A program made the position numbers and the translations under genes. Shown piece by piece: positions 30,974 to 43,296 of a DNA stretch of 64,000 bases. The DNA is taken from assembly GCF_003334405.1 (NCBI RefSeq), contig NZ_QOWM01000001.1; one strand, given 5' to 3'. The DNA comes from Escherichia coli (GTDB taxonomy: Bacteria > Pseudomonadota > Gammaproteobacteria > Enterobacterales > Enterobacteriaceae). Every line of letters starts with the position of its first letter. Position 1 is the first letter of the stretch. Below the pieces are notes generated by a model. The model was not told the origin of the DNA and made no database searches. It saw only the letters and a list, made by a program, of their open reading frames with translations.

Positions 30974-32165
30974 CTACCTGCTGCTGCCGCTGATTTACCT
31001 GCTGGTTAACGTCAAAATCGCCCAGCTTGGCGAAAGTTTCCCCATCACCATCGTCACTTTTTTACCTGTCTTGTTACTGCTGTTTTTAGAGCGCATCAGC
31101 GTTAAAAAATTGATGATTGCCTTAGGGATTGGTGCGGGACTCACGGCGTTTAACTACCTGTTTGGTCAGTCGCTGGATGCCAGTAAATATGTCACTTCAA
31201 CCATGCTGTTTGTCTATATTGTGATCATTATTGGCATGGTGTGGAGTATTCGCTTTAAAACGATTTCGCCACACAACCATCGCAAGATATTACGTTTCTT
31301 TTATCTGGTGGTCGGGCTGGTGGTGGCGCTGGCGGCGGTGGAGATGGCGCAAATTATCCTCACCGGCGGCAGCAGTATTATGGAGTCGATTTCGAAATAT
31401 CTGATTTACAGCAACAGCTATGTGCTGAATTTCATTAAATTCGGCGGCAAGCGCACGACAGCACTTTATTTCGAACCGGCATTTTTCGCTCTGGCATTAA
31501 TCTCAATTTGGCTCAGCATCAAACAGTTTGGTATCAAAACGCCTAAAACCGATGCTATGATTCTCGCAGGGATAATATTATCCGGATCGTTTTCAGGGGT
31601 TATGACCTTTATCCTGTTTTATTTGCTGGAGTGGGCGTTTCAATATCTGAATAAAGAGGCGATTAAGAAAAAGTTACCGTTAGCATTGATTTCTCTGGCT
31701 GTATTCCTGGTTGGTGTGGTAATCGCGTTTCCTTATATTTCCACCCGTCTGGGCGATTTAGGTACGGAAGGATCGTCATCATATTATCGTATTGTCGGTC
31801 CGCTGGTGATGGTCGGTTATTCTTTGACCCATATTGACGGTGTAGTCAGATTTGGCTCACTTTATGAATATGTCGCATCATTCGGAATATTTAACGGTGC
31901 GGATGTCGGAAAAACCATAGACAATGGTTTGTATCTGCTGATTATTTATTTTTCCTGGTTCGCGGTGTTTTTATCGCTGTGGTACATGGGGAAAGTGATA
32001 AAAATGATGATCAACGCTTTTGATGATAACCGCAATTTTCGCGTGCAATTATATCTTTTTACTCCGGTATCGCTGTTTTTTACCGGTTCGATATTTAGCC
32101 CGGAATATGCATTTTTAATCGTCTGTCCGTTTATTTTGCGAAAAGCGTTAAATATTACGAGGTAA
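30948..32165 (+). CDS. wcaD: Colanic acid polymerase WcaD (Wzy-like)
   Basis: ORF track 429 aa; trimmed to ATG 30948 ([19 protein letters not shown]), 405 aa polytopic membrane protein. Confidence 0.85.
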   Translation: MSTSIRICSYLLLPLIYLLVNVKIAQLGESFPITIVTFLPVLLLLFLERISVKKLMIALGIGAGLTAFNYLFGQSLDASKYVTSTMLFVYIVIIIGMVWSIRFKTISPHNHRKILRFFYLVVGLVVALAAVEMAQIILTGGSSIMESISKYLIYSNSYVLNFIKFGGKRTTALYFEPAFFALALISIWLSIKQFGIKTPKTDAMILAGIILSGSFSGVMTFILFYLLEWAFQYLNKEAIKKKLPLALISLAVFLVGVVIAFPYISTRLGDLGTEGSSSYYRIVGPLVMVGYSLTHIDGVVRFGSLYEYVASFGIFNGADVGKTIDNGLYLLIIYFSWFAVFLSLWYMGKVIKMMINAFDDNRNFRVQLYLFTPVSLFFTGSIFSPEYAFLIVCPFILRKALNITR

Positions 32166-32175
32166 GAATAAGAAC

Positions 32176-32922
32176 ATGTTGCTTAGCATAATCACTGTCG
32201 CGTTTCGTAACCTCGAAGGGATAGTCAAAACACATGCCTCGCTGGCGCATCTGGCGCAGGCGGAAGATATCAGCTTCGAATGGATTGTTGTCGATGGCGG
32301 TTCCAATGACGGCACCCGTGAGTATCTGGAAAATCTCAATGGTATCTATAACCTACGCTTTGTCAGCGAGTCAGATAACGGTATCTACGACGCCATGAAC
32401 AAAGGCATTACGATGGCACAAGGCAAGTTCGCGTTGTTTCTCAATTCGGGCGATATTTTTCATCAGGATGCCGCAAATTTTGTCCGTAAGTTAAAAATGC
32501 AAAAAGATAACATGATGATCACCGGCGATGCGCTGCTGGATTTTGGCGACGGGCATAAAATTAAACGTAGCGCCAAACCGGGCTGGTATATTTATCACAG
32601 CCTGCCCGCCAGTCATCAGGCGATATTTTTCCCTGTATCCGGCTTGAAAAAATGGCGTTATGACCTGGAATATAAAGTTTCTTCCGACTACGCGCTGGCA
32701 GCCAAAATGTATAAAGCCGGTTATGCATTTAAAAAACTCAATGGCCTGGTGTCTGAATTTTCCATGGGTGGGGTATCTACCACCAATAATATGGAATTGT
32801 GTGCTGACGCGAAAAAAGTCCAACGACAAATATTACATGTACCTGGCTTTTGGGCTGAATTATCCTGGCATTTACGCCAACGTACTACCTCAAAGACGAA
32901 AGCCTTATATAACAAAGTCTGA
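32176..32922 (+). CDS. wcaE: Colanic acid glycosyltransferase WcaE (GT2)
   Basis: 248-aa ORF; GT2-like N-terminus ([13 protein letters not shown]...[10 protein letters not shown]). Confidence 0.9.
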   Translation: MLLSIITVAFRNLEGIVKTHASLAHLAQAEDISFEWIVVDGGSNDGTREYLENLNGIYNLRFVSESDNGIYDAMNKGITMAQGKFALFLNSGDIFHQDAANFVRKLKMQKDNMMITGDALLDFGDGHKIKRSAKPGWYIYHSLPASHQAIFFPVSGLKKWRYDLEYKVSSDYALAAKMYKAGYAFKKLNGLVSEFSMGGVSTTNNMELCADAKKVQRQILHVPGFWAELSWHLRQRTTSKTKALYNKV

Positions 32923-32937
32923 ATATAAGGAGAACCA

Positions 32938-33486
32938 ATGCAAGATTTAAGCGGTTTCTCGGTGCCGAAAGGGTTCCGGGGCGGCAACGCTATTAAAGTG
33001 CAATTATGGTGGGCAGTACAGGCAACAATATTTGCCTGGTCTCCACAAGTATTGTATCGCTGGCGGGCATTTTTATTACGTTTATTCGGCGCAAAAATAG
33101 GAAAAAACGTAGTTATTCGTCCGTCAGTAAAAATTACCTATCCGTGGAAATTAACCTTAGGTGATTACGCGTGGGTCGGCGATGACGTCAATTTATATAC
33201 CCTCGGTGAAATAACCATTGGCGCACATTCGGTGATATCGCAAAAAAGTTATTTATGCACCGGTAGCCACGACCATGCAAGTCAACATTTCACCATTAAT
33301 GCTACGCCTATTGTGATTGGCGAGAAATGCTGGCTGGCAACCGATGTTTTTGTTGCCCCTGGCGTCACGATTGGCGACGGCACCGTCGTGGGGGCGCGAA
33401 GCAGTGTTTTTAAAACGCTTCCGGCAAATGTGGTTTGCCGGGGGAATCCCGCAGTGGTGATACGTGAACGCGTTGAAACTGAATAA
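32938..33486 (+). CDS. wcaF: Colanic acid acetyltransferase WcaF (hexapeptide repeat)
   Basis: 182-aa ORF with hexapeptide repeats (VGDDVNLYTLGEITIGAHSVIS). Confidence 0.9.
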   Translation: MQDLSGFSVPKGFRGGNAIKVQLWWAVQATIFAWSPQVLYRWRAFLLRLFGAKIGKNVVIRPSVKITYPWKLTLGDYAWVGDDVNLYTLGEITIGAHSVISQKSYLCTGSHDHASQHFTINATPIVIGEKCWLATDVFVAPGVTIGDGTVVGARSSVFKTLPANVVCRGNPAVVIRERVETE

Positions 33487-33512
33487 ATTCAAAAAATACA
33501 GAGGAATAAGAC

Positions 33513-34634
33513 ATGTCAAAAGTCGCTCTCATCACCGGTGTAACCGGACAAGACGGTTCTTACCTGGCAGAGTTTCTGCTGGAAAAAGGTTACGAGGTGC
33601 ATGGTATTAAGCGTCGTGCATCGTCATTCAACACCGAGCGCGTGGATCACATTTATCAGGATCCGCACACCTGCAACCCGAAATTCCATCTGCATTATGG
33701 CGACCTGAGTGATACCTCCAACCTGACACGCATTTTGCGTGAAGTGCAGCCGGATGAAGTTTACAACCTGGGCGCAATGAGCCACGTTGCGGTTTCTTTT
33801 GAGTCACCGGAATATACCGCTGACGTCGACGCGATGGGTACGCTGCGCCTGCTGGAGGCGATCCGCTTCCTCGGTCTGGAAAAGAAAACCCGTTTCTATC
33901 AGGCTTCCACCTCTGAACTGTACGGTCTGGTGCAGGAAATTCCGCAGAAAGAAACCACGCCGTTCTACCCGCGATCTCCGTATGCGGTCGCCAAACTGTA
34001 TGCCTACTGGATCACCGTTAACTACCGCGAATCCTACGGCATGTACGCCTGTAACGGTATTCTCTTCAACCATGAATCCCCGCGCCGCGGCGAAACCTTC
34101 GTTACCCGCAAAATCACCCGCGCAATCGCCAATATCGCCCAGGGGCTGGAGTCGTGCCTGTACCTCGGCAATATGGATTCCCTGCGTGACTGGGGCCATG
34201 CCAAAGACTACGTAAAAATGCAGTGGATGATGCTGCAACAGGAACAACCGGAAGATTTCGTTATCGCGACCGGCGTTCAGTACTCCGTACGTCAGTTCGT
34301 GGAAATGGCGGCAGCACAGCTGGGCATCAAACTGCGCTTTGAAGGCACGGGCGTTGAAGAGAAGGGCATTGTGGTTTCCGTCACCGGGCATGACGCGCCG
34401 GGCGTTAAACCGGGCGATGTGATTATCGCCGTTGACCCGCGTTACTTCCGTCCGGCGGAAGTTGAAACGCTGCTCGGCGACCCGACCAAAGCGCACGAAA
34501 AACTGGGCTGGAAACCGGAAATCACCCTCAAAGAGATGGTGTCTGAAATGGTGGCTAATGACCTCGAAGCGGCGAAAAAACACTCTCTGCTGAAATCTCA
34601 CGGCTACGACGTGGCGATCGCGCTGGAGTCATAA
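33513..34634 (+). CDS. gmd: GDP-mannose 4,6-dehydratase
   Basis: 373-aa ORF; SDR N-terminus [27 protein letters not shown]. Confidence 0.95.
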   Translation: MSKVALITGVTGQDGSYLAEFLLEKGYEVHGIKRRASSFNTERVDHIYQDPHTCNPKFHLHYGDLSDTSNLTRILREVQPDEVYNLGAMSHVAVSFESPEYTADVDAMGTLRLLEAIRFLGLEKKTRFYQASTSELYGLVQEIPQKETTPFYPRSPYAVAKLYAYWITVNYRESYGMYACNGILFNHESPRRGETFVTRKITRAIANIAQGLESCLYLGNMDSLRDWGHAKDYVKMQWMMLQQEQPEDFVIATGVQYSVRQFVEMAAAQLGIKLRFEGTGVEEKGIVVSVTGHDAPGVKPGDVIIAVDPRYFRPAEVETLLGDPTKAHEKLGWKPEITLKEMVSEMVANDLEAAKKHSLLKSHGYDVAIALES

Positions 34635-34636
34635 GC

Positions 34637-35602
34637 ATGAGTAAACAACGCATTTTTATCGCTGGTCATCGCGGGATGGTCGGTTCTGCCATCAAGCGGC
34701 AGCTCGAACAGCGCGGTGATGTGGAGCTGGTATTACGTACCCGCGATGAACTGAACCTGCTGGACAGCCGCGCGGTGCATGATTTCTTTGCCAGCGAAAG
34801 CATTGACCAGGTCTATCTGGCGGCGGCGAAAGTGGGCGGCATTGTTGCCAACAACACCTATCCGGCGGATTTCATCTACCAGAACATGATGATTGAGAGC
34901 AACATCATTCACGCCGCGCATCAGAACGACGTGAACAAACTGCTGTTTCTCGGATCGTCCTGCATCTACCCGAAACTGGCAAAACAGCCGATGGCAGAAA
35001 GCGAGCTGTTGCAGGGTACGCTGGAGCCGACCAACGAGCCTTATGCCATTGCCAAAATCGCCGGGATCAAACTGTGCGAATCTTACAACCGCCAGTATGG
35101 ACGCGATTACCGCTCTGTCATGCCGACCAACCTGTACGGGCCGCATGACAACTTCCACCCGAGTAATTCGCATGTGATCCCAGCATTGCTGCGTCGCTTC
35201 CACGAGGCGACGGCACAGAATGCGCCGGACGTGGTGGTGTGGGGCAGCGGTACACCGATGCGCGAATTTCTGCACGTCGATGATATGGCGGCGGCGAGCA
35301 TTCATGTCATGGAGCTGGCGCACGAAGTCTGGCTGGAGAACACCCAGCCGATGCTGTCGCACATTAACGTTGGTACGGGCGTTGACTGCACTATCCGCGA
35401 GCTGGCGCAAACCATCGCCAAAGTGGTGGGTTACAAAGGCCGGGTGGTTTTTGATGCCAGTAAACCGGATGGTACGCCGCGCAAACTGCTGGATGTGACG
35501 CGCCTGCATCAGCTTGGCTGGTATCACGAAATCTCACTGGAAGCGGGGCTTGCCAGCACTTACCAGTGGTTCCTTGAGAATCAAGACCGCTTTCGGGGGT
35601 AA
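34637..35602 (+). CDS. fcl: GDP-L-fucose synthase
   Basis: 321-aa ORF; Rossmann N-terminus [14 protein letters not shown]; follows gmd. Confidence 0.95.
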   Translation: MSKQRIFIAGHRGMVGSAIKRQLEQRGDVELVLRTRDELNLLDSRAVHDFFASESIDQVYLAAAKVGGIVANNTYPADFIYQNMMIESNIIHAAHQNDVNKLLFLGSSCIYPKLAKQPMAESELLQGTLEPTNEPYAIAKIAGIKLCESYNRQYGRDYRSVMPTNLYGPHDNFHPSNSHVIPALLRRFHEATAQNAPDVVVWGSGTPMREFLHVDDMAAASIHVMELAHEVWLENTQPMLSHINVGTGVDCTIRELAQTIAKVVGYKGRVVFDASKPDGTPRKLLDVTRLHQLGWYHEISLEAGLASTYQWFLENQDRFRG

Positions 35603-36084
35603 TGATGTTTTTACGTCAGGAAGACTTTGCCACGGTAGTGCGCTCCACCCCGCTTGTCTCTCTCGACTTTATTGTCGAGAACAGTCGCGGCGAGTTTCTG
35701 CTTGGCAAAAGAACCAACCGCCCGGCGCAGGGTTACTGGTTTGTGCCGGGAGGGCGCGTGCAGAAAGACGAAACGCTGGAAGCCGCATTTGAGCGGCTGA
35801 CGATGGCGGAACTGGGGCTGCGTCTGCCGATAACAGCAGGCCAGTTTTACGGTGTCTGGCAGCACTTTTATGACGATAACTTCTCCGGCACGGATTTCAC
35901 CACTCACTATGTGGTGCTCGGTTTTCGCTTCAGAGTAGCGGAAGAAGAGCTGTTACTGCCGGATGAGCAGCATGACGATTACCGCTGGCTGACGCCGGAC
36001 GCACTGCTCGCCAGTGACAATGTTCACGCTAACAGCCGCGCCTATTTTCTCGCTGAGAAGCGTGCCGGAGTACCCGGATTATGA
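35602..36084 (+). CDS. gmm: GDP-mannose mannosyl hydrolase (Nudix)
   Basis: 160-aa ORF (start may be the second ATG at 35605, MFLRQ...); Nudix-like region. Confidence 0.85.
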   Translation: MMFLRQEDFATVVRSTPLVSLDFIVENSRGEFLLGKRTNRPAQGYWFVPGGRVQKDETLEAAFERLTMAELGLRLPITAGQFYGVWQHFYDDNFSGTDFTTHYVVLGFRFRVAEEELLLPDEQHDDYRWLTPDALLASDNVHANSRAYFLAEKRAGVPGL

Positions 36085-37304
36085 AAATACTGGTCTACGG
36101 CATTAACTACTCGCCGGAGTTAACCGGCATCGGCAAATACACCGGCGAGATGGTGGAATGGCTGGCGGCACAAGGTCATGAGGTGCGGGTCATTACCGCA
36201 CCGCCTTACTACCCGCAGTGGCAGGTGGGCGAGAACTATTCCGCCTGGCGGTACAAACGGGAAGAGGGGGCCGCCACGGTGTGGCGCTGCCCGCTGTACG
36301 TGCCAAAACAGCCGAGCACCCTGAAACGCCTGTTGCATCTCGGCAGTTTTGCCGTCAGCAGTTTTTTCCCGTTGATGGCGCAACGTCGCTGGAAGCCGGA
36401 TCGCATTATCGGCGTAGTGCCAACGCTGTTTTGCACGCCGGGAATGCGCCTGCTGGCGAAACTTTCTGGTGCGCGCACGGTGCTGCATATTCAGGATTAC
36501 GAAGTGGACGCCATGCTGGGGCTGGGCCTTGCCGGAAAAGGCAAAGGCGGCAAAGTGGCACAGCTGGCGACGGCGTTCGAACGTAGCGGACTGCATAACG
36601 TCGATAACGTCTCCACGATTTCGCGTTCGATGATGAATAAAGCCATCGAAAAAGGCGTGGCAGCGGAAAACGTCATCTTCTTCCCCAATTGGTCGGAAAT
36701 CGCCCGTTTTCAATATGTTGCAGACGCCGATGTTGATGCCCTTCGTAACCAGCTTGGCCTGCCGGATAACAAAAAAATCATTCTTTACTCCGGCAATATT
36801 GGTGAAAAGCAGGGGCTGGAAAACGTTATTGAAGCTGCCGAACGCCTGCGTGATGAACCACTGATTTTTGCCATTGTCGGGCAGGGCGGCGGCAAAGCGC
36901 GGCTGGAAAAAATGGCGCAGCAGCGTGGACTGCGCAACATGCAATTTTTCCCGCTGCAATCGTATGACGCTTTACCCGCACTGCTGAAGATGGGCGATTG
37001 CCATCTGGTGGTGCAAAAACGCGGCGCGGCAGATGCCGTATTGCCGTCGAAACTGACCAATATTCTGGCAGTAGGCGGTAACGCAGTGATTACCGCAGAA
37101 GCCCACACAGAACTGGGGCAGCTTTGCGAAATCTTTCCGGGCATTGCGGTTTGCGTTGAACCGGAATCGGTCGAGGCGCTGGTGGCGGGGATTCGTCAGG
37201 CGCTCCTGCTGCCCAAACACAACACGGTGGCACGTGAATATGCCGAACGCACGCTCGATAAAGAGAACGTGTTACGTCAATTTATAAATGATATTCGGGG
37301 ATAA
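36081..37304 (+). CDS. wcaI: Colanic acid glycosyltransferase WcaI (GT4)
   Basis: 407-aa ORF; 4-nt overlap with gmm; GT-B family features. Confidence 0.9.
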   Translation: MKILVYGINYSPELTGIGKYTGEMVEWLAAQGHEVRVITAPPYYPQWQVGENYSAWRYKREEGAATVWRCPLYVPKQPSTLKRLLHLGSFAVSSFFPLMAQRRWKPDRIIGVVPTLFCTPGMRLLAKLSGARTVLHIQDYEVDAMLGLGLAGKGKGGKVAQLATAFERSGLHNVDNVSTISRSMMNKAIEKGVAAENVIFFPNWSEIARFQYVADADVDALRNQLGLPDNKKIILYSGNIGEKQGLENVIEAAERLRDEPLIFAIVGQGGGKARLEKMAQQRGLRNMQFFPLQSYDALPALLKMGDCHLVVQKRGAADAVLPSKLTNILAVGGNAVITAEAHTELGQLCEIFPGIAVCVEPESVEALVAGIRQALLLPKHNTVAREYAERTLDKENVLRQFINDIRG

Positions 37305-37306
37305 TT

Positions 37307-38743
37307 ATGGCGCAGTCGAAACTCTATCCAGTTGTGATGGCAGGTGGCTCCGGTAGCCGCTTATGGCCGCTTTCCCGCGTACTTTACCCCAAGCAGTTTT
37401 TATGCCTGAAAGGCGATCTCACCATGCTGCAAACCACCATCTGCCGCCTGAACGGCGTGGAGTGCGAAAGCCCGGTGGTGATTTGCAATGAGCAGCACCG
37501 CTTTATTGTCGCGGAACAGCTGCGTCAACTGAACAAACTCACCGAGAACATTATTCTCGAACCTGCAGGGCGTAACACTGCACCTGCCATTGCGCTGGCG
37601 GCGCTGGCGGCAAAACGTCATAGCCCGGAGATCGACCCGTTAATGCTGGTATTGGCGGCGGATCATGTGATTGCCGATGAAGACGCGTTCCGTGCCGCCG
37701 TGCGTAATGCCATGCCGTATGCCGAAGCGGGCAAGCTGGTGACCTTCGGCATTGTGCCGGATCTACCTGAAACCGGATATGGCTATATTCGTCGCGGTGA
37801 AGTATCTGCGGGTGAGCAGGATACGGTGGCCTTTGAAATGGCGCAGTTTGTCGAAAAACCGAATCTGGAAACCGCCCAGGCCTATGTGGCAAGCGGCGAA
37901 TATTACTGGAACAGCGGCATGTTCCTGTTCCGCGCCGGACGCTATCTCGAAGAACTGAAAAAATATCGCCCGGATATTCTCGACGCCTGTGAACAAGCGA
38001 TGAGCGCCGTCGATCCGGATCTCGATTTTATTCGCGTGGATGAAGAAGCGTTTCTGGCCTGCCCGGAAGAGTCGGTGGATTACGCGGTCATGGAACGTAC
38101 GGCAGATGCCGTTGTGGTGCCGATGGATGCGGGCTGGAGCGATGTCGGTTCCTGGTCTTCATTATGGGAGATCAGCGCCCACACCGCCGAGGGCAACGTT
38201 TGCCACGGCGATGTGATTAATCACAAAACTGAAAACAGCTATGTGTATGCCGAATCTGGCCTGGTCACCACCGTCGGGGTGAAAGATCTGGTGGTGGTGC
38301 AGACCAAAGATGCGGTGCTGATTGCAGACCGTAACGCGGTACAGGATGTGAAAAAAGTGGTCGAGCAGATCAAAGCCGAAGGTCGCCATGAGCATCGGGT
38401 GCATCGCGAAGTGTATCGCCCGTGGGGCAAATATGACTCTATTGACGCGGGCGACCGCTATCAGGTGAAACGCATCACCGTGAAACCGGGCGAGGGCTTG
38501 TCGGTACAGATGCACCATCACCGCGCGGAACACTGGGTGGTTGTCGCAGGAACGGCAAAAGTCACTATTGACGGTGATATCAAACTGCTTGGTGAAAACG
38601 AGTCCATTTATATTCCGCTGGGGGCGACGCACTGCCTGGAAAACCCGGGGAAAATTCCGCTCGATTTAATTGAAGTGCGCTCCGGGTCTTACCTCGAAGA
38701 GGATGATGTGGTGCGCTTCGCGGATCGCTACGGACGGGTATAG
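37307..38743 (+). CDS. cpsB: Mannose-1-phosphate guanylyltransferase (colanic acid copy)
   Basis: 478-aa ORF; N-terminal nucleotidyltransferase motif [16 protein letters not shown]-terminal cupin. Confidence 0.95.
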   Translation: MAQSKLYPVVMAGGSGSRLWPLSRVLYPKQFLCLKGDLTMLQTTICRLNGVECESPVVICNEQHRFIVAEQLRQLNKLTENIILEPAGRNTAPAIALAALAAKRHSPEIDPLMLVLAADHVIADEDAFRAAVRNAMPYAEAGKLVTFGIVPDLPETGYGYIRRGEVSAGEQDTVAFEMAQFVEKPNLETAQAYVASGEYYWNSGMFLFRAGRYLEELKKYRPDILDACEQAMSAVDPDLDFIRVDEEAFLACPEESVDYAVMERTADAVVVPMDAGWSDVGSWSSLWEISAHTAEGNVCHGDVINHKTENSYVYAESGLVTTVGVKDLVVVQTKDAVLIADRNAVQDVKKVVEQIKAEGRHEHRVHREVYRPWGKYDSIDAGDRYQVKRITVKPGEGLSVQMHHHRAEHWVVVAGTAKVTIDGDIKLLGENESIYIPLGATHCLENPGKIPLDLIEVRSGSYLEEDDVVRFADRYGRV

Positions 38744-38844
38744 CAGTTGAATAATCAACCGGAATAAATCTCCGGCAAATAACGACAAAAACAAAATTGG
38801 CCGTTTCGGTCAGGGCCAACTATTGCCTGAAAAAGGGTAACGAC

Positions 38845-40215
38845 ATGAAAAAATTAACCTGCTTTAAAGCCTACGATATTCGCGGGAAATTAGGCGAAGA
38901 ACTGAATGAAGATATTGCCTGGCGTATTGGTCGCGCCTATGGCGAATTTCTTAAACCGAAAACCATTGTTTTAGGCGGTGATGTCCGCCTCACCAGCGAA
39001 ACCTTAAAACTGGCGCTGGCAAAAGGTTTACAGGATGCGGGCGTCGATGTGCTGGATATTGGCATGTCCGGCACCGAAGAGATCTATTTCGCCACGTTCC
39101 ATCTCAGCGTGGATGGCGGCATTGAAGTTACCGCCAGCCATAACCCGATGGATTACAACGGCATGAAGCTGGTGCGCGAAGGGGCTCGCCCGATCAGCGG
39201 CGATACCGGACTGCGCGACGTCCAGCGTCTGGCAGAAGCCAATGACTTCCCTCCTGTCGATGAAACCAAACGCGGTCGCTATCAGCAAATCAATCTGCGT
39301 GACGCTTACGTTGATCACCTGTTCGGTTATATCAACGTCAAAAACCTCACGCCGCTCAAGCTGGTGATCAACTCCGGGAACGGCGCGGCGGGGCCGGTGG
39401 TGGACGCCATTGAAGCTCGCTTTAAAGCCCTCGGCGCACCCGTAGAATTGATCAAAGTGCACAACACGCCCGACGGGAATTTCCCCAACGGTATTCCTAA
39501 CCCGCTACTGCCGGAATGTCGCGACGACACCCGCAATGCGGTCATCAAACACGGCGCAGATATGGGCATTGCCTTTGATGGCGATTTTGACCGCTGTTTC
39601 CTGTTTGACGAAAAAGGGCAGTTTATTGAGGGCTATTACATTGTCGGCCTGCTGGCAGAAGCGTTCCTCGAAAAAAATCCCGGCGCGAAGATCATCCACG
39701 ATCCACGTCTCTCCTGGAACACCGTTGATGTGGTGACGGCCGCGGGCGGCACGCCGGTGATGTCGAAAACCGGACACGCCTTTATTAAAGAACGTATGCG
39801 CAAGGAAGACGCCATCTACGGTGGCGAAATGAGCGCTCACCATTACTTCCGCGATTTCGCTTACTGTGACAGCGGCATGATCCCGTGGCTGCTGGTGGCC
39901 GAACTGGTGTGCCTGAAAGGAAAAACGCTGGGCGAACTGGTGCGCGACCGGATGGCAGCGTTTCCGGCAAGCGGTGAGATCAACAGCAAACTGGCGCAAC
40001 CCGTTGAGGCGATTAACCGCGTCGAACAGCATTTTAGCCGTGAGGCGCTGGCGGTGGATCGTACCGATGGCATCAGTATGACCTTTGCCGACTGGCGTTT
40101 TAACCTGCGCTCCTCCAACACCGAACCGGTGGTGCGGTTGAATGTGGAATCGCGCGGTGATGTGCCGCTGATGGAAGCGCGAACGCGAACTCTGCTGACG
40201 TTGCTGAACGAGTAA
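38845..40215 (+). CDS. cpsG: Phosphomannomutase (colanic acid copy)
   Basis: ORF track starts upstream; trimmed to ATG 38845 ([14 protein letters not shown]), 456 aa; phosphoserine loop TASHNP. Confidence 0.95.
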   Translation: MKKLTCFKAYDIRGKLGEELNEDIAWRIGRAYGEFLKPKTIVLGGDVRLTSETLKLALAKGLQDAGVDVLDIGMSGTEEIYFATFHLSVDGGIEVTASHNPMDYNGMKLVREGARPISGDTGLRDVQRLAEANDFPPVDETKRGRYQQINLRDAYVDHLFGYINVKNLTPLKLVINSGNGAAGPVVDAIEARFKALGAPVELIKVHNTPDGNFPNGIPNPLLPECRDDTRNAVIKHGADMGIAFDGDFDRCFLFDEKGQFIEGYYIVGLLAEAFLEKNPGAKIIHDPRLSWNTVDVVTAAGGTPVMSKTGHAFIKERMRKEDAIYGGEMSAHHYFRDFAYCDSGMIPWLLVAELVCLKGKTLGELVRDRMAAFPASGEINSKLAQPVEAINRVEQHFSREALAVDRTDGISMTFADWRFNLRSSNTEPVVRLNVESRGDVPLMEARTRTLLTLLNE

Positions 40216-40224
40216 TGTCATTAC

Positions 40225-40330
40225 TTTCCCCCTCACCCTGACGCTCTACTGCCTGCGAAGAGAAGTGAGCACGGAACTTTCTTCTCCCCCTCGCCCCTTT
40301 GGGGAGAGGGCCGGGGTGAGGGGCGAGGCG
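40225..40330. repeat. Nested GC-rich inverted-repeat element in the cpsG-wcaJ intergenic region
   Basis: CCCTCACCC (40229-40237) pairs with GGGTGAGGG (40314-40322); CCTCGCCCC (40289-40297) pairs with GGGGCGAGG (40320-40328); inner CCCCTTTGGGG hairpin. Confidence 0.6.
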
Positions 40331-40350
40331 ACAATAGAACAGGAACAACG

Positions 40351-41745
40351 ATGACAAATCTAAAAAAACGCGAGCGAGCGAAAACCAATGCATCGTTAAT
40401 CTCTATGGTGCAACGCTTTTCAGATATCACCATCATGTTTGCCGGGCTATGGCTGGTTTGCGAAGTCAGCGGACTGTCATTCCTCTACATGCACCTGTTG
40501 GTGGCGCTGATTACGCTGGTGGTGTTCCAGATGCTGGGCGGCATCACCGATTTTTATCGCTCATGGCGAGGTGTTCGGGCAGCGACAGAATTTGCCCTGT
40601 TGCTACAAAACTGGACGTTAAGCGTGATTTTCAGCGCCGGACTGGTGGCGTTTAACAATGATTTCGACACGCAACTGAAAATCTGGCTGGCGTGGTATGG
40701 GCTGACCAGCATCGGACTGGTGGTTTGCCGTTCATGTATTCGCATTGGGGCGGGCTGGCTGCGTAATCATGGCTATAACAAGCGCATGGTCGCGGTGGCG
40801 GGGGATTTAGCCGCTGGACAAATGCTGATGGAGAGCTTCCGTAATCAGCCGTGGTTAGGGTTTGAAGTGGTGGGCGTTTACCACGACCCGAAACCGGGTG
40901 GCGTTTCTAACGACTGGGCGGGCAATCTGCAACAGCTGGTCGAGGATGCGAAAGCGGGCAAGATTCATAACGTCTATATCGCGATGCAAATGTGCGACGG
41001 CGCGCGAGTGAAAAAACTGGTCCATCAATTGGCGGACACCACCTGTTCGGTGCTGCTGATCCCCGATGTCTTTACTTTCAACATTCTCCATTCACGTCTC
41101 GAAGAGATGAACGGCGTTCCGGTGGTGCCGCTTTACGATACGCCGCTTTCCGGGGTTAACCGCCTGATAAAACGTGCGGAAGACATTGTGCTGGCGACGC
41201 TTATCCTGCTGCTGATCTCCCCGGTGCTGTGCTGCATTGCGCTGGCGGTGAAACTCAGTTCACCTGGGCCGGTTATTTTCCGCCAGACTCGCTACGGTAT
41301 GGATGGCAAGCCGATCAAAGTGTGGAAGTTCCGTTCCATGAAAGTGATGGAGAACGACAAAGTGGTGACCCAGGCGACGCAGAACGATCCGCGCGTCACT
41401 AAAGTGGGGAACTTTCTGCGCCGCACCTCGCTGGATGAATTGCCGCAGTTTATCAATGTGCTGACTGGCGGGATGTCGATTGTCGGGCCACGTCCGCACG
41501 CGGTGGCGCATAACGAACAGTATCGCCAGCTCATTGAAGGCTACATGCTGCGCCATAAAGTGAAACCGGGCATTACCGGCTGGGCGCAGATTAATGGCTG
41601 GCGCGGCGAAACCGACACGCTGGAGAAAATGGAAAAACGCGTCGAGTTCGACCTTGAGTACATCCGCGAGTGGAGCGTCTGGTTCGATATCAAAATCGTT
41701 TTCCTGACGGTATTCAAAGGCTTCGTTAACAAAGCGGCATATTGA
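40351..41745 (+). CDS. wcaJ: Undecaprenyl-phosphate glucose phosphotransferase (initiating transferase)
   Basis: 464-aa ORF; N-terminal TM helices and C-terminal sugar-transferase domain (PGITGWAQINGWRGET). Confidence 0.95.
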   Translation: MTNLKKRERAKTNASLISMVQRFSDITIMFAGLWLVCEVSGLSFLYMHLLVALITLVVFQMLGGITDFYRSWRGVRAATEFALLLQNWTLSVIFSAGLVAFNNDFDTQLKIWLAWYGLTSIGLVVCRSCIRIGAGWLRNHGYNKRMVAVAGDLAAGQMLMESFRNQPWLGFEVVGVYHDPKPGGVSNDWAGNLQQLVEDAKAGKIHNVYIAMQMCDGARVKKLVHQLADTTCSVLLIPDVFTFNILHSRLEEMNGVPVVPLYDTPLSGVNRLIKRAEDIVLATLILLLISPVLCCIALAVKLSSPGPVIFRQTRYGMDGKPIKVWKFRSMKVMENDKVVTQATQNDPRVTKVGNFLRRTSLDELPQFINVLTGGMSIVGPRPHAVAHNEQYRQLIEGYMLRHKVKPGITGWAQINGWRGETDTLEKMEKRVEFDLEYIREWSVWFDIKIVFLTVFKGFVNKAAY

Positions 41746-41746
41746 T

Positions 41747-43225
41747 ATGAGCTTACGTGAAAAAACCATCAGCGGCGCGAAGTGGTCGGCGATTGCCACG
41801 GTGAGCATCATCGGCCTCGGGCTGGTGCAGATGACCGTGCTGGCGCGGATTATCGACAACCACCAGTTCGGCCTGCTTACCGTGTCGCTGGTGATTATCG
41901 CGCTGGCAGATACGCTTTCTGACTTCGGTATCGCTAACTCCATTATTCAGCGAAAAGAAATCAGTCACCTTGAACTCACCACGTTGTACTGGCTGAACGT
42001 CGGGCTGGGGATCGTGGTGTGCGTGGCGGTGTTTTTGTTGAGTGATGCCATTGGCGACATGCTGAATAACCCGGACCTGGCACCGTTGATTAAAACATTG
42101 TCGCTGGCGTTTGTGGTGATCCCCCACGGGCAACAGTTCCGCGCGTTGATGCAAAAAGAGCTGGAGTTCAACAAAATCGGCATGATCGAAACCAGCGCGG
42201 TGCTGGCGGGCTTTACTTTTACGGTGGTTAGCGCCCATTTCTGGCCGCTGGCGATGACCGCGATCCTCGGTTATCTGGTCAATAGTGCGGTAAGAACGCT
42301 GCTGTTTGGCTACTTTGGTCGAAAAATTTATCGCCCCGGTCTGCATTTCTCGCTGGCATCGGTGGCACCAAACTTACGCTTTGGTGCCTGGCTGACGGCG
42401 GACAGCATCATCAACTATCTCAACACCAACCTTTCAACGCTGGTGCTGGCGCGTATTCTCGGCGCGGGCGTGGCAGGGGGATACAACCTGGCGTACAACG
42501 TGGCCGTTGTGCCACCGATGAAGCTGAACCCAATCATCACCCGCGTGTTGTTTCCGGCATTCGCCAAAATTCAGGATGACACCGAAAAGCTGCGCGTCAA
42601 CTTCTACAAGCTGCTGTCGGTAGTGGGGATTATCAACTTTCCGGCGCTGCTCGGGCTGATGGTGGTGTCAAATAACTTTGTACCGCTGGTATTTGGCGAA
42701 AAGTGGAACAGCATTATTCCGGTGCTGCAATTGCTGTGTGTGGTGGGGCTACTGCGCTCCGTGGGTAACCCGATTGGTTCGCTGCTGATGGCGAAAGCGC
42801 GGGTCGATATCAGCTTTAAATTCAACGTATTCAAAACCTTTCTGTTTATTCCGGCGATTGTTATTGGTGGGCAGATGGCGGGCGCAATCGGCGTCACGCT
42901 CGGCTTCCTGCTGGTGCAGATTATCAACACCATTCTGAGTTACTTCGTGATGATTAAACCGGTGCTCGGTTCCAGTTATCGCCAGTACATCCTGAGTTTA
43001 TGGCTGCCGTTTTATCTCTCGCTGCCGACGCTGGCGGTCAGTTATGCGCTGGGCATTGTACTGAAAGGGCAACTGGCGCTGGGGATGCTGCTGGCGGTGC
43101 AAATAGCCGCGGGCGTGCTGGCGTTTGTGGTGATGATTGTGCTGTCGCGCCATCCGCTGATGGTGGAAGTGAAGCGTCAGTTTTGTCGCAGCGAAAAAAT
43201 GAAAATGCTTTTACGGGCGGGGTGA
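41747..43225 (+). CDS. wzxC: Colanic acid flippase WzxC
   Basis: 492-aa polytopic membrane ORF immediately after wcaJ. Confidence 0.9.
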   Translation: MSLREKTISGAKWSAIATVSIIGLGLVQMTVLARIIDNHQFGLLTVSLVIIALADTLSDFGIANSIIQRKEISHLELTTLYWLNVGLGIVVCVAVFLLSDAIGDMLNNPDLAPLIKTLSLAFVVIPHGQQFRALMQKELEFNKIGMIETSAVLAGFTFTVVSAHFWPLAMTAILGYLVNSAVRTLLFGYFGRKIYRPGLHFSLASVAPNLRFGAWLTADSIINYLNTNLSTLVLARILGAGVAGGYNLAYNVAVVPPMKLNPIITRVLFPAFAKIQDDTEKLRVNFYKLLSVVGIINFPALLGLMVVSNNFVPLVFGEKWNSIIPVLQLLCVVGLLRSVGNPIGSLLMAKARVDISFKFNVFKTFLFIPAIVIGGQMAGAIGVTLGFLLVQIINTILSYFVMIKPVLGSSYRQYILSLWLPFYLSLPTLAVSYALGIVLKGQLALGMLLAVQIAAGVLAFVVMIVLSRHPLMVEVKRQFCRSEKMKMLLRAG

Positions 43226-43296
43226 ATGGTTGTTTTAGGCTACGGCAATAAAAACAATAACATAACCTCACCTGGCATCAAATTTATGAGGAAAAA

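Noticed and set aside
33787-36959. Long antisense or alternative-frame ORFs within gmd, fcl and wcaI (e.g. 33804..34601, 34733..35527, 36120..36959)
   Set aside because: They arise from GC-rich codon bias in the true reading frames; the sense-frame proteins have clear SDR and GT motifs, while these have His/Arg-rich low-complexity translations.
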